Assembly (NCBI GenBank): GCA_016185705.1
Contig: JACPMZ010000003.1
Location: forward strand, 74,900 to 138,899
Direction: 5' to 3'
Length of the DNA: 64,000 bases
Source: Candidatus Woesearchaeota archaeon
GTDB taxonomy: Archaea > Nanobdellota > Nanobdellia > Woesearchaeales > UBA10216
Shown: in pieces, positions 48,951 to 57,799 of the stretch
How the letters are laid out: each line of letters begins with the position of its first letter
How positions within the stretch are numbered: position 1 is the first letter of the stretch
The notes under the pieces: generated by a model
What the model was told of the DNA's origin: nothing
Databases searched by the model: none
What the model saw: only the letters and a program-made list of their open reading frames with translations
Position numbers and translations under genes: made by a program

Positions 48951-50885
48951 TTACTCTTTCAGTTCCCGAATTACTTCTACAACACCCGCAGAACACGGAT
49001 TTTTGGTTACATGGTCTGCCACTGCCTTAAGCTCCTTATGCGCATTTGCCACCGCAATCCTGTAACCAGGAACATTAAAAAGATCCACGTCATTCTGCGC
49101 GTCACCCATTATGATAGTTTTCTCAGGGTCAATATTCAAGTGGTTTAAAGCCATCTTTGTTCCAGCACCCTTATCAACACCACTCGGCAAAATCATGAAT
49201 TCACCAACATTATATTTGTAAGCAAGATGCTTGCTCAAAGGCCTGAGAATCTTCCTGACCTTTGCACTCTCCTTCCGGGGAACGCTGATGATGTTGAGGC
49301 CTGAGGTATGCTTTATCCTGGCGCCGGCAATCAGCCTTGCAGCGCGCCTAACCGTATTTGAAGAAAAAGTAATGAGCTGGTCTTTGGCAGGAATGTAAAT
49401 AACTGCGCCATTCTCTGCAACAATGCACTTCCACACGGGATATTTCCTGTACAGCTTGTGGACATACCTGAAAGGCCTTCCTGTCACGAGCACCAAAGGA
49501 ACTTTGAGCGATTTCAACTCCGCAATGACCTTGGCATTGACTTTCCCGGGAGCGTCTGTAATTGTCCGGTCAAAATCGGTTATAAAAGCATTGACATCCT
49601 TCAGATTCATCATCCTGGGCCCCCAATCGCTTTTGCTGCCGAGAATCCTGTGGTAAAGCATAATGTGCTCCTCAACTATCCTGCTCATTGAGAATTTTTC
49701 CTGCACAATCCTCAAGCTTTCCTGCCCCATCCTCTCATTGAGAGAGCTGTTGGTGAGAAGCTTTACAATAGCGCCAGCAGTCTCCCTGATGTTATCCACG
49801 CCCACCAAAAACCCATTAACCCTGTCCTGTATCTGCAAAGGAATTCCGCCTGCATCAGTCCCGACAACCGGCTTTCCGCAAGCCATAGCCTCAGTAACCG
49901 CAAGCCCAAAGCCCTCAATCTTTGACGTCAAAGCAGCAACATCAGCACACGCATATACAGAAGGCAGCTCATCATATGGAATTGTTCCTGTAAAAACAAT
50001 ATGCTGCTGCAGCTTCAACTGCCTGATGAGAGTGTGCACAGCATCCTCATACTTCTTGCGGATATCGGACATCTTGCTTGTCAATGACCTGCCGCCAACA
50101 AAAACCAGCTTTGCATCCGGAACTTTCCTCAGGATATAGGGCATTGCCCTGATAAGCTGCTCATGGCCGCTTTTGATGTCAATCCGCTGCGCAGACAATA
50201 TTATTTTGCACCTTTCCAAACCAAATTTTCTCTTAAACTCCGGATTTGGCCTTGTGGGAACAAACAATTTTGTGTTGGCAAGAGGGTAAAGAAGAGCTGT
50301 CTTTTCCCTTGGAAGCCCTGCCTTAACAGCATTCCTGACATATTCCGGCGATGAAAAGACAACACAGTCGTATTCAACCATCTGGTTTATCAGGAATTCC
50401 TTCAAATGCCTGGGCATAGCGCTGATGAAAGGAATGTGCCACCTGAGAAACAACGGAGTTCCGCGGGGAATGCCCTTGTACAAATACAGCAACTGGAAGT
50501 CATGAATGTCAACAATCTCAGCAGGCTCCTTCTGCAAAAGCTCATCCAGCTGCTCGGCAATAGCTTCATTAATCTCCATGTATTCCCTGAAGCCGGGCAT
50601 GTCGATTGCTTCCCTGTCAAAGCCGCCAAAGCCGTGGCACGCATTCCAGACGCTTTCCTTGAATTTCACAAAGCCCTCTATAAGCTCATCCTTTAAAGGC
50701 TCTTTCGGAACCCGGTAAACATTTATGCCCTTAACCTCCTCAAACGCCTCAGCACCGGAAGGCCGCAGGTGAATCTCAGCAACCTCGTGGCCGCGCTTCT
50801 GCAGCTCCCGGCCAAGATTCAGAAGATAAGTGGAAACGCCCCCGATGTTCGGATAAAAAGACTGCGAAGCAAAAAATATTTTCAT
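48951..50885 (-). CDS. GT4 glycosyltransferase fused to a C-terminal HAD (Cof/SPP-like) phosphatase
   Basis: GGVSTY, IHDFQ and EGFGLAVTEAMACG (GT4), then TDFDRT, VTGR, AENGA, DKG and GDAQND (HAD motifs I-IV). Confidence 0.88.
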   Translation of the reverse strand: MKIFFASQSFYPNIGGVSTYLLNLGRELQKRGHEVAEIHLRPSGAEAFEEVKGINVYRVPKEPLKDELIEGFVKFKESVWNACHGFGGFDREAIDMPGFREYMEINEAIAEQLDELLQKEPAEIVDIHDFQLLYLYKGIPRGTPLFLRWHIPFISAMPRHLKEFLINQMVEYDCVVFSSPEYVRNAVKAGLPREKTALLYPLANTKLFVPTRPNPEFKRKFGLERCKIILSAQRIDIKSGHEQLIRAMPYILRKVPDAKLVFVGGRSLTSKMSDIRKKYEDAVHTLIRQLKLQQHIVFTGTIPYDELPSVYACADVAALTSKIEGFGLAVTEAMACGKPVVGTDAGGIPLQIQDRVNGFLVGVDNIRETAGAIVKLLTNSSLNERMGQESLRIVQEKFSMSRIVEEHIMLYHRILGSKSDWGPRMMNLKDVNAFITDFDRTITDAPGKVNAKVIAELKSLKVPLVLVTGRPFRYVHKLYRKYPVWKCIVAENGAVIYIPAKDQLITFSSNTVRRAARLIAGARIKHTSGLNIISVPRKESAKVRKILRPLSKHLAYKYNVGEFMILPSGVDKGAGTKMALNHLNIDPEKTIIMGDAQNDVDLFNVPGYRIAVANAHKELKAVADHVTKNPCSAGVVEVIRELKE

Positions 50886-51043
50886 GCTACCAGCTCAGAA
50901 AGACCCCGCTATCATTTACATCAATGATATTGATTAGCATGTTTTAAAGAAAAACTAAAGTTATAAATACTTTTCTGTTCAGCGAGCGCAGTAGAAATTC
51001 CTGCTCTTTATTCCTTCTGTCTTCGCAACAAAACCATTTCTCT

Positions 51044-51176
51044 CTGCGCCCTCCCCCTTCGAAAGTTAAGGGGGAGGAAATAGGGCGCAGTTGCAATCAA
51101 ACAGCAAACTATATGCGGGGGCAGATATGCGGCGTGCGCAGGCAGCGGGAACAAACACACTTAACTTAAAATTACC
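51044..51176. mobile_element. Partial MITE: palindrome copy 8 (51044-51090) plus an IS1-like right end (51158-51176)
   Basis: ctgcgccctcccccttcgaaagttaagggggaggaaatagggcgcag; end cacttaacttaaaattacc. Confidence 0.65.
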
Positions 51177-51185
51177 ACAAAAAAG

Positions 51186-51670
51186 TGAGCTGTAAGGTTA
51201 GCGTCACCTGGCATCTGTTTAATTTGTAACTCTGAGCGTTTAGGACAAAACAGGTGGTTAGGTATGATTAGATTATCTGGTGGAAACTCACCACAGATTT
51301 AGTGCTTTCCCAACAAAGTAGAGTATCAAAATGATAATCAAGATACCAACCAAATCCGTTCTACCGTTTTTTGCCTTTGCCAAGCTTAAGCTCATCCAAT
51401 TCCCTCCAAATCTTCTTAAGTTCATTTTGCGTATTTATCTGCGCCTTTAATACTTTTATGTCATTCTCGTGTTCTTCTAAGTTAAGCCATAATGCTAAAA
51501 TTAAGGTCAAAATACCAATTACAAAAAAGGTTTGATTAGATATTTGCCCACCAAAAAAACTTACAGCGAATCCAATGACACCAAGAGCAATATCTCTCGA
51601 ATCCATACTTCCCATAGGTTAAATAGCATTTTTATAGGTTTTCATTAGGTGACGTTTATTTTACAGCTCA
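51186..51670. mobile_element. 485-bp transposase-less cassette with ~24-bp TIRs and an 8-bp target duplication, carrying a passenger gene
   Basis: Ends TGAGCTGTAAGGTTAGCGTCACCT / AGGTGACGTTTATTTTACAGCTCA. caaaaaag occurs at 51178-85 and 51671-78. Confidence 0.82.
51361..51615 (-). CDS. Small membrane protein (passenger of the 485-bp cassette)
   Basis: Two TM helices plus a short coiled coil; AT-rich. Confidence 0.65.
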   Translation of the reverse strand: MGSMDSRDIALGVIGFAVSFFGGQISNQTFFVIGILTLILALWLNLEEHENDIKVLKAQINTQNELKKIWRELDELKLGKGKKR

Positions 51671-51713
51671 CAAAAAAGAAAAGTATAAAAACAGATAAAC
51701 CAGCAATTATGCC

Positions 51714-51884
51714 ATGACAAAGCCACCAAAAGGAGCTGTAACAGCACAGCAGTTTTTAAAAGCGTACCTGGCTATGGAACGGCCAACCACAACGCACCTG
51801 TTCTACACCAAAGGGGTGCTTGACTTTCTGGTGGGAATGATAATAGGAGTTGTTATAGGGATAATTGTTGCTAACTTTGTCTGA
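51714..51884 (+). CDS. Small C-terminally anchored membrane protein (56 aa)
   Basis: MTKPPKGAVTAQQFLKAYLAME...DFLVGMIIGVVIGIIVANFV*. TATA-like box upstream. Confidence 0.55.
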   Translation: MTKPPKGAVTAQQFLKAYLAMERPTTTHLFYTKGVLDFLVGMIIGVVIGIIVANFV

Positions 51885-51913
51885 TTACAGAAATCTCTGA
51901 TGCGCTTGGTTCG

Positions 51914-51966
51914 GCTTCCTGCTTTCCCCCTTCCTGACAAATTAAGGGAGTGAGAAAGCAGGAAGC
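51914..51966. repeat. Intergenic palindrome family, copy 9
   Basis: gcttcctgctttcccccttcct-gacaaatta-agggagtgagaaagcaggaagc. Confidence 0.75.
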
Positions 51967-52031
51967 AGCAATAAAAAGATTCAAATGCATGCGCAGACGC
52001 GAGGCAAGCCCCGCCGCACAGAGGGATACGC

Positions 52032-52328
52032 TCAAACCAGCACCAACAGCCCGGAACTACCGCAATAAAAATAAAATTTGTTTATGTTGCTAAAATACTT
52101 TCCCAGGCGCCTGAGCTGCTTCCTTGCCTTGATTATGCGGTGCGAGCACTTGACTTCATACACGTCAACGCTGCTGCCTTTTCTTGCTATAATGTCTGCT
52201 TCTCCAATCAGGCGCTTGTCGGAACGCACAGGGACATTTAGAGAAACCGAATCGTAATCTTCCTTAATGCGCTCGCACAATTCAATGACGTAGCGGTCGT
52301 GTTTGCTCAGTTTATTGGCAATCACCAA
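52032..52328 (-). CDS. Small PD-(D/E)xK nuclease-like protein
   Basis: GEADIIA...VYEVK...KARKQL pattern. Confidence 0.65.
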   Translation of the reverse strand: MVIANKLSKHDRYVIELCERIKEDYDSVSLNVPVRSDKRLIGEADIIARKGSSVDVYEVKCSHRIIKARKQLRRLGKYFSNINKFYFYCGSSGLLVLV

Positions 52329-52358
52329 AAAGCTTTATGGATGTCTGAATATTTAAAT

Positions 52359-52793
52359 TTAACTGAGCGGCGGTGTTGCGTTTACAACCCCATCAAGCTT
52401 GCTGATAAAAATATCGCTGGCTGGATTGATATTGCCTTTAAGGTTAGCCGGTAATATTCTGACTGCCTGATACTCCCCACCCGTAACATTTACGCCAATG
52501 ACCAGCTGCGTGAAATCTGCGCCTGTACTGGAAGTGTTGTAAAAAACAATATAGTACTGCCTTCCGTCAATAGCGCCTGGCGTTGAAAATATGCGGCTGT
52601 AGCCGTCCTGCGCATTAGCTGCCAGAACCAATTCCGCCTCAACAGCATCTGCCAAGTCCTCAGCAGACTGCCTGGTGCGGCCATCACTGACAATAATAAA
52701 GCGGTCTGACATAACTGAGAGGAAAGCGATAAGAAAAAGCGTCATAACAGCAATAATCATGGCTGTTTCATTGGCGCTCTGGGCATTCCTCAT
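52359..52793 (-). CDS. Class III signal peptide (pilin-like) protein
   Basis: MRNAQSANE followed by a hydrophobic helix (R-x-A/Q-x-x-x-E pattern). Confidence 0.7.
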   Translation of the reverse strand: MRNAQSANETAMIIAVMTLFLIAFLSVMSDRFIIVSDGRTRQSAEDLADAVEAELVLAANAQDGYSRIFSTPGAIDGRQYYIVFYNTSSTGADFTQLVIGVNVTGGEYQAVRILPANLKGNINPASDIFISKLDGVVNATPPLS

Positions 52794-52838
52794 AGCAGTT
52801 ATTCTGCTGTTATGGGTTTATAAAATTATGGAAGCGGG

Positions 52839-52982
52839 GGTAATTTCAAGTTAAGTGGCAAAACTGTCGCACACTGCTCTGATTTTTTTCTCCCCCCCCT
52901 TAAAAAATAAGGGGGGAGAAAAAAATCAGCCAGGCAGGCATCGGCAAGCTCAGGATTGCAGGACACACAACTTGACATTACC
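52839..52982. mobile_element. 144-bp MITE with IS1-like TIRs and a 9-bp target duplication; contains palindrome copy 10 (52879-52929)
   Basis: Ends GGTAATTTCAAGTT / AACTTGACATTACC (13/14 inverted match). ggaagcggg occurs at 52830-38 and 52983-91. Confidence 0.92.
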
Positions 52983-53030
52983 GGAAGCGGGGCGCCATTG
53001 GAATGCTCATGCAAATTCGTGCCTTCAGCT

Positions 53031-53078
53031 TTCCTGATTTTCACCTCCCTAAATATTAAGGGAGGGGAAAACCAGGAA
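53031..53078. repeat. Intergenic palindrome family, copy 11
   Basis: ttcctgattttcacctccct-aaatatta-agggaggggaaaaccaggaa. The 3' flank (gagcggcgagataaaggcagcg) resembles the flank of copy 5. Confidence 0.8.
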
Positions 53079-53429
53079 GAGCGGCGAGATAAAGGCAGCG
53101 TCTGAAACGCGAAAATCAGGGCAGCGAAACGGCAGCGCCGAGACAGGGTTTAACAGTCAGAAGCATCAACCCCCCGAAAACCTATACTGGCAGCTTTTGA
53201 TATATATTCTGGCGTGCAGAAATATTTAAATAGTAGGGTAGTTTAAAAGTATAGAAGTTGTGTGTTTTGTTGGCGCAAAACACTTAATGAACATTGGCAC
53301 ATGCTTTTTGGCGAAAGCACGAATTCTAGAAGTAGCTATAACATAACTACTTTATAAAGATTTGGGTAGTGCAGTAGTTGTGTTCCGGCTTAAAAAAATA
53401 AAACAACAAAACCGCGGGGTGGCAATAAA

Positions 53430-54500
53430 ATGGAATTTATCGTGCAAGACGCTTTAAAAACAGCTGAGGAACAAGAACTAAAGTCATTTGTAGGGCAGGC
53501 CAACATAAAAGTGGCTGGTGTCGGAGGAGCAGGCAACAACATGGTAAGCTGGCTCCACAGAAAGGGCATTAAAGGAGCTGAGATAATAGCATGCAATACA
53601 GACAAGCAGCATCTTGACATCTGTCACGCTGACAAAAAATTCATAATCGGCAGGGAGCTGACACGAGGCCTGGGCTGCGGCGGCTTCCCTGAAAAAGGGG
53701 CAGAAGCAGCCAAGGAAACCATCCAGGAGATAAAGACAGCATTGGCAGGCGCTGACATGGTATTTGTATGCGCCGGCATGGGCGGAGGCACAGGAACAGG
53801 GGCAGCCCCTGTAGTTGCCAAGGTAGCAAAGGAAAATGACGCAATAGTGATAGGAACTGTTACCATGCCGTTCAAGATAGAGCGGGCGCGAATTGACAAA
53901 GCAGAATTCGGGCTGCAGCAGCTAAGGCAAGTTTCTGACACTGTCATTGTGATAGACAACAATCGCCTGGTGCAGATAGCAGGAAACCTGCCAATAGAGC
54001 AGGCTTTTGCAGTAGCCAATGAGCTTATTGCGACAATGATTAAAGGCATAGTGGAAACTATTGCGGTTCCATCGCTTGTCAACCTGGACTTCGCGGATGT
54101 CAAAGCAATAATGACAAACGGAGGCGTTGCAGCAATCGGAGTAGGAGCTTCTGACACCAACAACAAAGTTGAGGAAGCAGTGCAGGGAGCCCTAAGCAAC
54201 CCGCTGCTGGACATAAGCTACAAAGGGGCGGGCGGAGCGCTGATACATGTAAGCGGAGGACCTGACCTGACACTTGACGAAATCAACAGGATAGGAGAGC
54301 TGGTAACTGAAAGCCTGGATGATGATGCAAACGTCATCTGGGGAGCGAGAATAGTGGAGGAGATGAAGGGCAAAATAACCGTGATGACAATCATCACCGG
54401 AGTAACAAGCCCCTGGATACTCGGAAACCCAGCACGAGCAAAAAAAGTGCCGCAAAGAACAACAATCGACAACGACCTGGGCATAGAAATAGTATCATAA
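53430..54500 (+). CDS. ftsZ: Cell division protein FtsZ
   Basis: GVGGAGNN, NTD, GMGGGTGTG tubulin signature and NLDFAD. Confidence 0.98.
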   Translation: MEFIVQDALKTAEEQELKSFVGQANIKVAGVGGAGNNMVSWLHRKGIKGAEIIACNTDKQHLDICHADKKFIIGRELTRGLGCGGFPEKGAEAAKETIQEIKTALAGADMVFVCAGMGGGTGTGAAPVVAKVAKENDAIVIGTVTMPFKIERARIDKAEFGLQQLRQVSDTVIVIDNNRLVQIAGNLPIEQAFAVANELIATMIKGIVETIAVPSLVNLDFADVKAIMTNGGVAAIGVGASDTNNKVEEAVQGALSNPLLDISYKGAGGALIHVSGGPDLTLDEINRIGELVTESLDDDANVIWGARIVEEMKGKITVMTIITGVTSPWILGNPARAKKVPQRTTIDNDLGIEIVS

Positions 54501-54570
54501 TCACCGATAAGGTGAATTTCTTTGCCTTCATTTTACCACCCCCAACAAGCAAAGTGAAGGCAAAAGTTGC

Positions 54571-54608
54571 CCTGCCTTCAAAAAGCGGGGCATTTTTTTA
54601 TTTTAATC
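54571..54608 (+). repeat. ~36-bp direct repeat flanking the PIN/UPF0175 module, copy 1
   Basis: cctgccttcaaaaagcggggcatttttttattttaatc; near-identical to 55489-55523. Confidence 0.8.
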
Positions 54609-55094
54609 AGAAAGAATTTCCTCTCTGGAAATTATGATAAGGTTATCCTTCAACTCCATCTCATCAATAAGCTGCTCAACCTGTGACTTACTAAGAATTT
54701 TACCTGCCCATAAATGCCTGAGAACTGAATTCAGAGAAATAACTGCAATGCCCTCCCTCTGACAAAAATTGATAATCTTTTTTTCATTAGTAACAACAGC
54801 AGCTTTTCTGCATTTGGCTATTGAAGCAGTATCTCGCTCACCACTACCGAAACTTTTTGGGAGAGTGCCCGCATATGCTGATTCGTTATCCGACATCTGC
54901 ACAACCCTGATTTTGCCTTTCGCAAATATAGAATATACAATTTTGGCATGGTCGTAACCCAACTCTTTTGCTTTCTTCACTTCACTTAGTACATTTGGAG
55001 AAACAACCAGATTGTCGCCCAGAGCTTCAAATAACAACCCCAATCTTCCGATTTTACCAAAAGTGGAAAGAATGTTAGTGTCAAGAAGAATCAT
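54603..55094 (-). CDS. PIN-domain protein (DUF3368-like toxin)
   Basis: ILLDTNIL, V..EV, GSGERD and VVTNE motifs. Confidence 0.82.
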   Translation of the reverse strand: MILLDTNILSTFGKIGRLGLLFEALGDNLVVSPNVLSEVKKAKELGYDHAKIVYSIFAKGKIRVVQMSDNESAYAGTLPKSFGSGERDTASIAKCRKAAVVTNEKKIINFCQREGIAVISLNSVLRHLWAGKILSKSQVEQLIDEMELKDNLIIISREEILSD

Positions 55095-55432
55095 CCGCTC
55101 CTTCTCCTAATACGTAAAAGAGTTGCTCCTCTATTAATTTCCTCTTTGGATTGGGGAGAAACTTTTATACGAATCTTTCTGTCAACCAACACATCCTTAA
55201 ACTCCTCAAAATTCATACAAGCAATCTCAGCGGCCTTGCTCAGAGTAACTTCCCCCTTCTTATACATTTCAACAGCTGCCGCCAGCCTCAGGTGAGTGTT
55301 ACCTTCAAAAAGCGATCTCAATGCATCCCTAACAACCTCGGACTTATTGGAGTAATAACCCGCATCAATAACTGCCTCAATCTCATCGTCGTACATTTTT
55401 GGAATACTAAACGCACTTGGCATATTCATCAC
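55091..55432 (-). CDS. RHH + UPF0175 family antitoxin
   Basis: GYYSNKSEVVRDALR; AVEMYKKGEVTLSKAAEIA. Confidence 0.85.
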   Translation of the reverse strand: MMNMPSAFSIPKMYDDEIEAVIDAGYYSNKSEVVRDALRSLFEGNTHLRLAAAVEMYKKGEVTLSKAAEIACMNFEEFKDVLVDRKIRIKVSPQSKEEINRGATLLRIRRRSG

Positions 55433-55488
55433 CTGCTATTGATAATAGTTGATAATATGTAATAACTCCTATAAATACTTTTCGCCCG

Positions 55489-55523
55489 CCTGCCTTCAAA
55501 AGCGGGGCATTTTTTATTTAATC
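55489..55523 (+). repeat. ~36-bp direct repeat, copy 2
   Basis: cctgccttcaaaagcggggcattttttatttaatc. Confidence 0.8.
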
Positions 55524-55543
55524 TTCAAAAGAAATAACACCTA

Positions 55544-55780
55544 TCAGTTAAGCGCGATACTGAATGCTATACTCATATAAACACCATCTCCGGCTAGATA
55601 TCCTACGTCAAAAATAACCTGTAGTTGACTATCATCACCCGCTTTTATAGCTTTTCTATGTTCAATTACCGCGCCTCGAATTTCAGGGCTTTTGTGGGCA
55701 GCAAGCCCCTCTACTAATTCTTCGATAGCCGTTTGCAGCGAATAATTTTCCCTTTTCTTTATCTGCTTTTGCAAGTTCAA
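55544..55780 (-). CDS. Hypothetical protein (possibly a frameshifted remnant)
   Basis: AT-rich ORF. An ATG near 55817 is in a different frame. Confidence 0.35.
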   Translation of the reverse strand: MNLQKQIKKRENYSLQTAIEELVEGLAAHKSPEIRGAVIEHRKAIKAGDDSQLQVIFDVGYLAGDGVYMSIAFSIALN

Positions 55781-55921
55781 CTAATATTGCTTCGCTTAAA
55801 TTTTCATATGAAGACATATTTACAGTTTAATGATTAAGTATAAATTTTTTTTCTGTTTTACCATTAGCAGATACGAAATTACGATAGATTTTTATATTCC
55901 AGACTATCTAATACTATTACG

Positions 55922-56119
55922 ATGGTAGAAGCAACTTTTGAAAAACAAGTAATAGATAAATTAGAGCATATGGAAAAAAATATCAACTACATAAAGGAAC
56001 ATATTGAAGATTCAAGATTGAGTAATGAAGAAAAACAACTATTAGAAGAAAGTTATGAGAGCGAGAAAGAAGGAAAACTAGTTTCTAGTAAAGATTTAAG
56101 GAAGAGCTTGGCACAATGA
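55922..56119 (+). CDS. Putative antitoxin (RelE partner)
   Basis: Short acidic protein ending LSNEEKQLLEESYESEKEGKLVSSKDLRKSL; ATGA-coupled to a toxin-like start. Confidence 0.7.
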   Translation: MVEATFEKQVIDKLEHMEKNINYIKEHIEDSRLSNEEKQLLEESYESEKEGKLVSSKDLRKSLAQ

Positions 56120-56157
56120 GTTTTAACATTGGTTATGATAATCAACCAGAAAAATTC
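56116..56157 (+). pseudogene. Truncated RelE/ParE-like toxin N-terminus
   Basis: MSFNIGYDNQPEKF, after which the sequence meets the convergent RIO1 gene end within ~20 bp. Confidence 0.55.
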
Positions 56158-56175
56158 CAAATTAAACAGCTTATA

Positions 56176-56889
56176 TCAATTTTTTGCAGCAGTGATTTTT
56201 TTAAACAGCTTTTCCTCATCCACCCTAACACCCAATTTACTGAAGAACTCGCCGACATTGTGAATGTCGCGCTTCAGCATCGCAGCTGAGTTTGGCGAAC
56301 GCAGGGGGGATGCCTGAGAGAAATCAATGAAAACAGGCGCTTCGTTGCGGTTGAGGATGTTGAACTTTGACAAATCACCATGAACGTAACCGCTCCTGTA
56401 GAATTTCTTCATGTTGAGGATTATGCCATCAAAGAACTCCTGCGGTCTCTCCGGAATGGCATCCTTTATTTTTTGGGCTGGCTGCGCGTCTCCGACCGAA
56501 CTCATTACCATAATGTTTTTCATAAACGCAATGGGAACAGGCGCTGCTACATTTGCTCTTTGCGCAGCCATCAGATTGCGGTACTCCCTCTGGGCCCAGG
56601 CGAAAATGATAGCGCGCTTCCGCTTGGCAAGCCCCTCATACCTTGGATCAGACCTGATGTAGTCAAACATCTTCTTGAAGTCTGCTGTTTCAAGGCGGTA
56701 AATCTTCACGATGACTTTTGTGCTTCCCCTTGAAGCTGAGAAAACATTGGCCTCCTTGCCTATTGACAGCGGGCTCAATGAGCCATCCTCAAAAATGTCC
56801 TTGCTGCTGAGGACAAAAAGGTTTCTGATTGTAAACTGGTCAAACACGTCCTCCTCAGTCTTAAACCGCTCGCGGAATTTTTTGGCCAT
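56176..56889 (-). CDS. rio1: RIO1 family serine kinase
   Basis: SIGKEANVF, VKIYR, WAQREYRNL, VHGDLSKFNIL and IDFSQ motifs. Confidence 0.93.
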   Translation of the reverse strand: MAKKFRERFKTEEDVFDQFTIRNLFVLSSKDIFEDGSLSPLSIGKEANVFSASRGSTKVIVKIYRLETADFKKMFDYIRSDPRYEGLAKRKRAIIFAWAQREYRNLMAAQRANVAAPVPIAFMKNIMVMSSVGDAQPAQKIKDAIPERPQEFFDGIILNMKKFYRSGYVHGDLSKFNILNRNEAPVFIDFSQASPLRSPNSAAMLKRDIHNVGEFFSKLGVRVDEEKLFKKITAAKN

Positions 56890-57018
56890 GACTTTATCCT
56901 GCCTGCATTATTTTTCCTATCCTGCTGCCTCCTCAACTCAGCAGATGGGAATGAATCCAGTTGCGGGAGCACTGACAGTTTATAAAACTTTATAAAACGG
57001 GCAAAAACAGCATTTGAT

Positions 57019-57747
57019 ATGGATGATATTAAGCTGGTGCTGGTAAGCGGCGAAGGAAAACACCTGCATGTCAGGGACGTTCAGCACGATTACCACTGCC
57101 AGTACGGCATTGTCAAAAAAGGCGATTTGAAATCAGGAATTGTTAAGACAAACACCGGAAATACGTTATTTGCATTTCAACCAAGCTTCATTGACAAGTA
57201 CAAAAAAATAAGGCGCGCTCCCCAGATAATACCATCCAAGGACATTGGCAGCATCATAGCAGAAACAGGCGTCAACAAAGAAAGTTTTGTAGTTGATGCA
57301 TGAAGCGGGAGCGGCGCATTAGCCGTATTTTTGGCCAACATAGCAAAAAAGGTCGTGAGCTATGAAGTCAGAAAGGATTTTGCAGCGGTAGCTGCGGAAA
57401 ACGTAAAGCTTCTTCAGCTGAAAAACATCTCAATCAAAATCAAGAATGTTTATGACGGCATTGAGGAGGAAAACGCGGACCTGATAACTTTTGACCTGCC
57501 AGAGCCGTGGAAGGCGCTTAAAGCTGCCGAAAAGGCGCTGAAAGTCGGAGGATTTATTGTTTCGTACTCGCCCACAACATCGCAGGTTTCAGATTTCGTC
57601 AAAGCAGCCAAAAACACCAGCCTGCTGCACATGAAAACCATAGAAATCATACAGCGCGAATGGGAGTTTGACGAGCGCATTGTAAGGCCAAAGTCGCAGC
57701 CGATAGGGCATTCAGGGTTTATAACGTTTTTGCGCAAAATAAGTTAA
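57019..57747 (+). pseudogene. trmI: tRNA (adenine-57/58-N1) methyltransferase TrmI with an in-frame TGA at 57301-57303
   Basis: RRAPQII..KD...VVDA*SGSGALA...DLPEPW...VRPKS..IGHSGF, all in one frame. TGA replaces the first Gly of the SAM-binding motif. Confidence 0.8.
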
Positions 57748-57799
57748 AGCAATGAATAATGCCAGTGCAGCAGCAGGAGCGATAACATTGTAAGCGGCT

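Noticed and set aside
53624..54214. 196-aa antisense ORF in ftsZ (similarly 34754..35260, 41314..41868 and 62377..62976)
   Set aside because: These fully overlap well-conserved genes, show no motifs, and are explained by codon bias.
57301..57303. Genome-wide UGA=Gly recoding
   Set aside because: Many genes here end in TGA, often in ATGA overlaps, and no other conserved gene shows an internal TGA.
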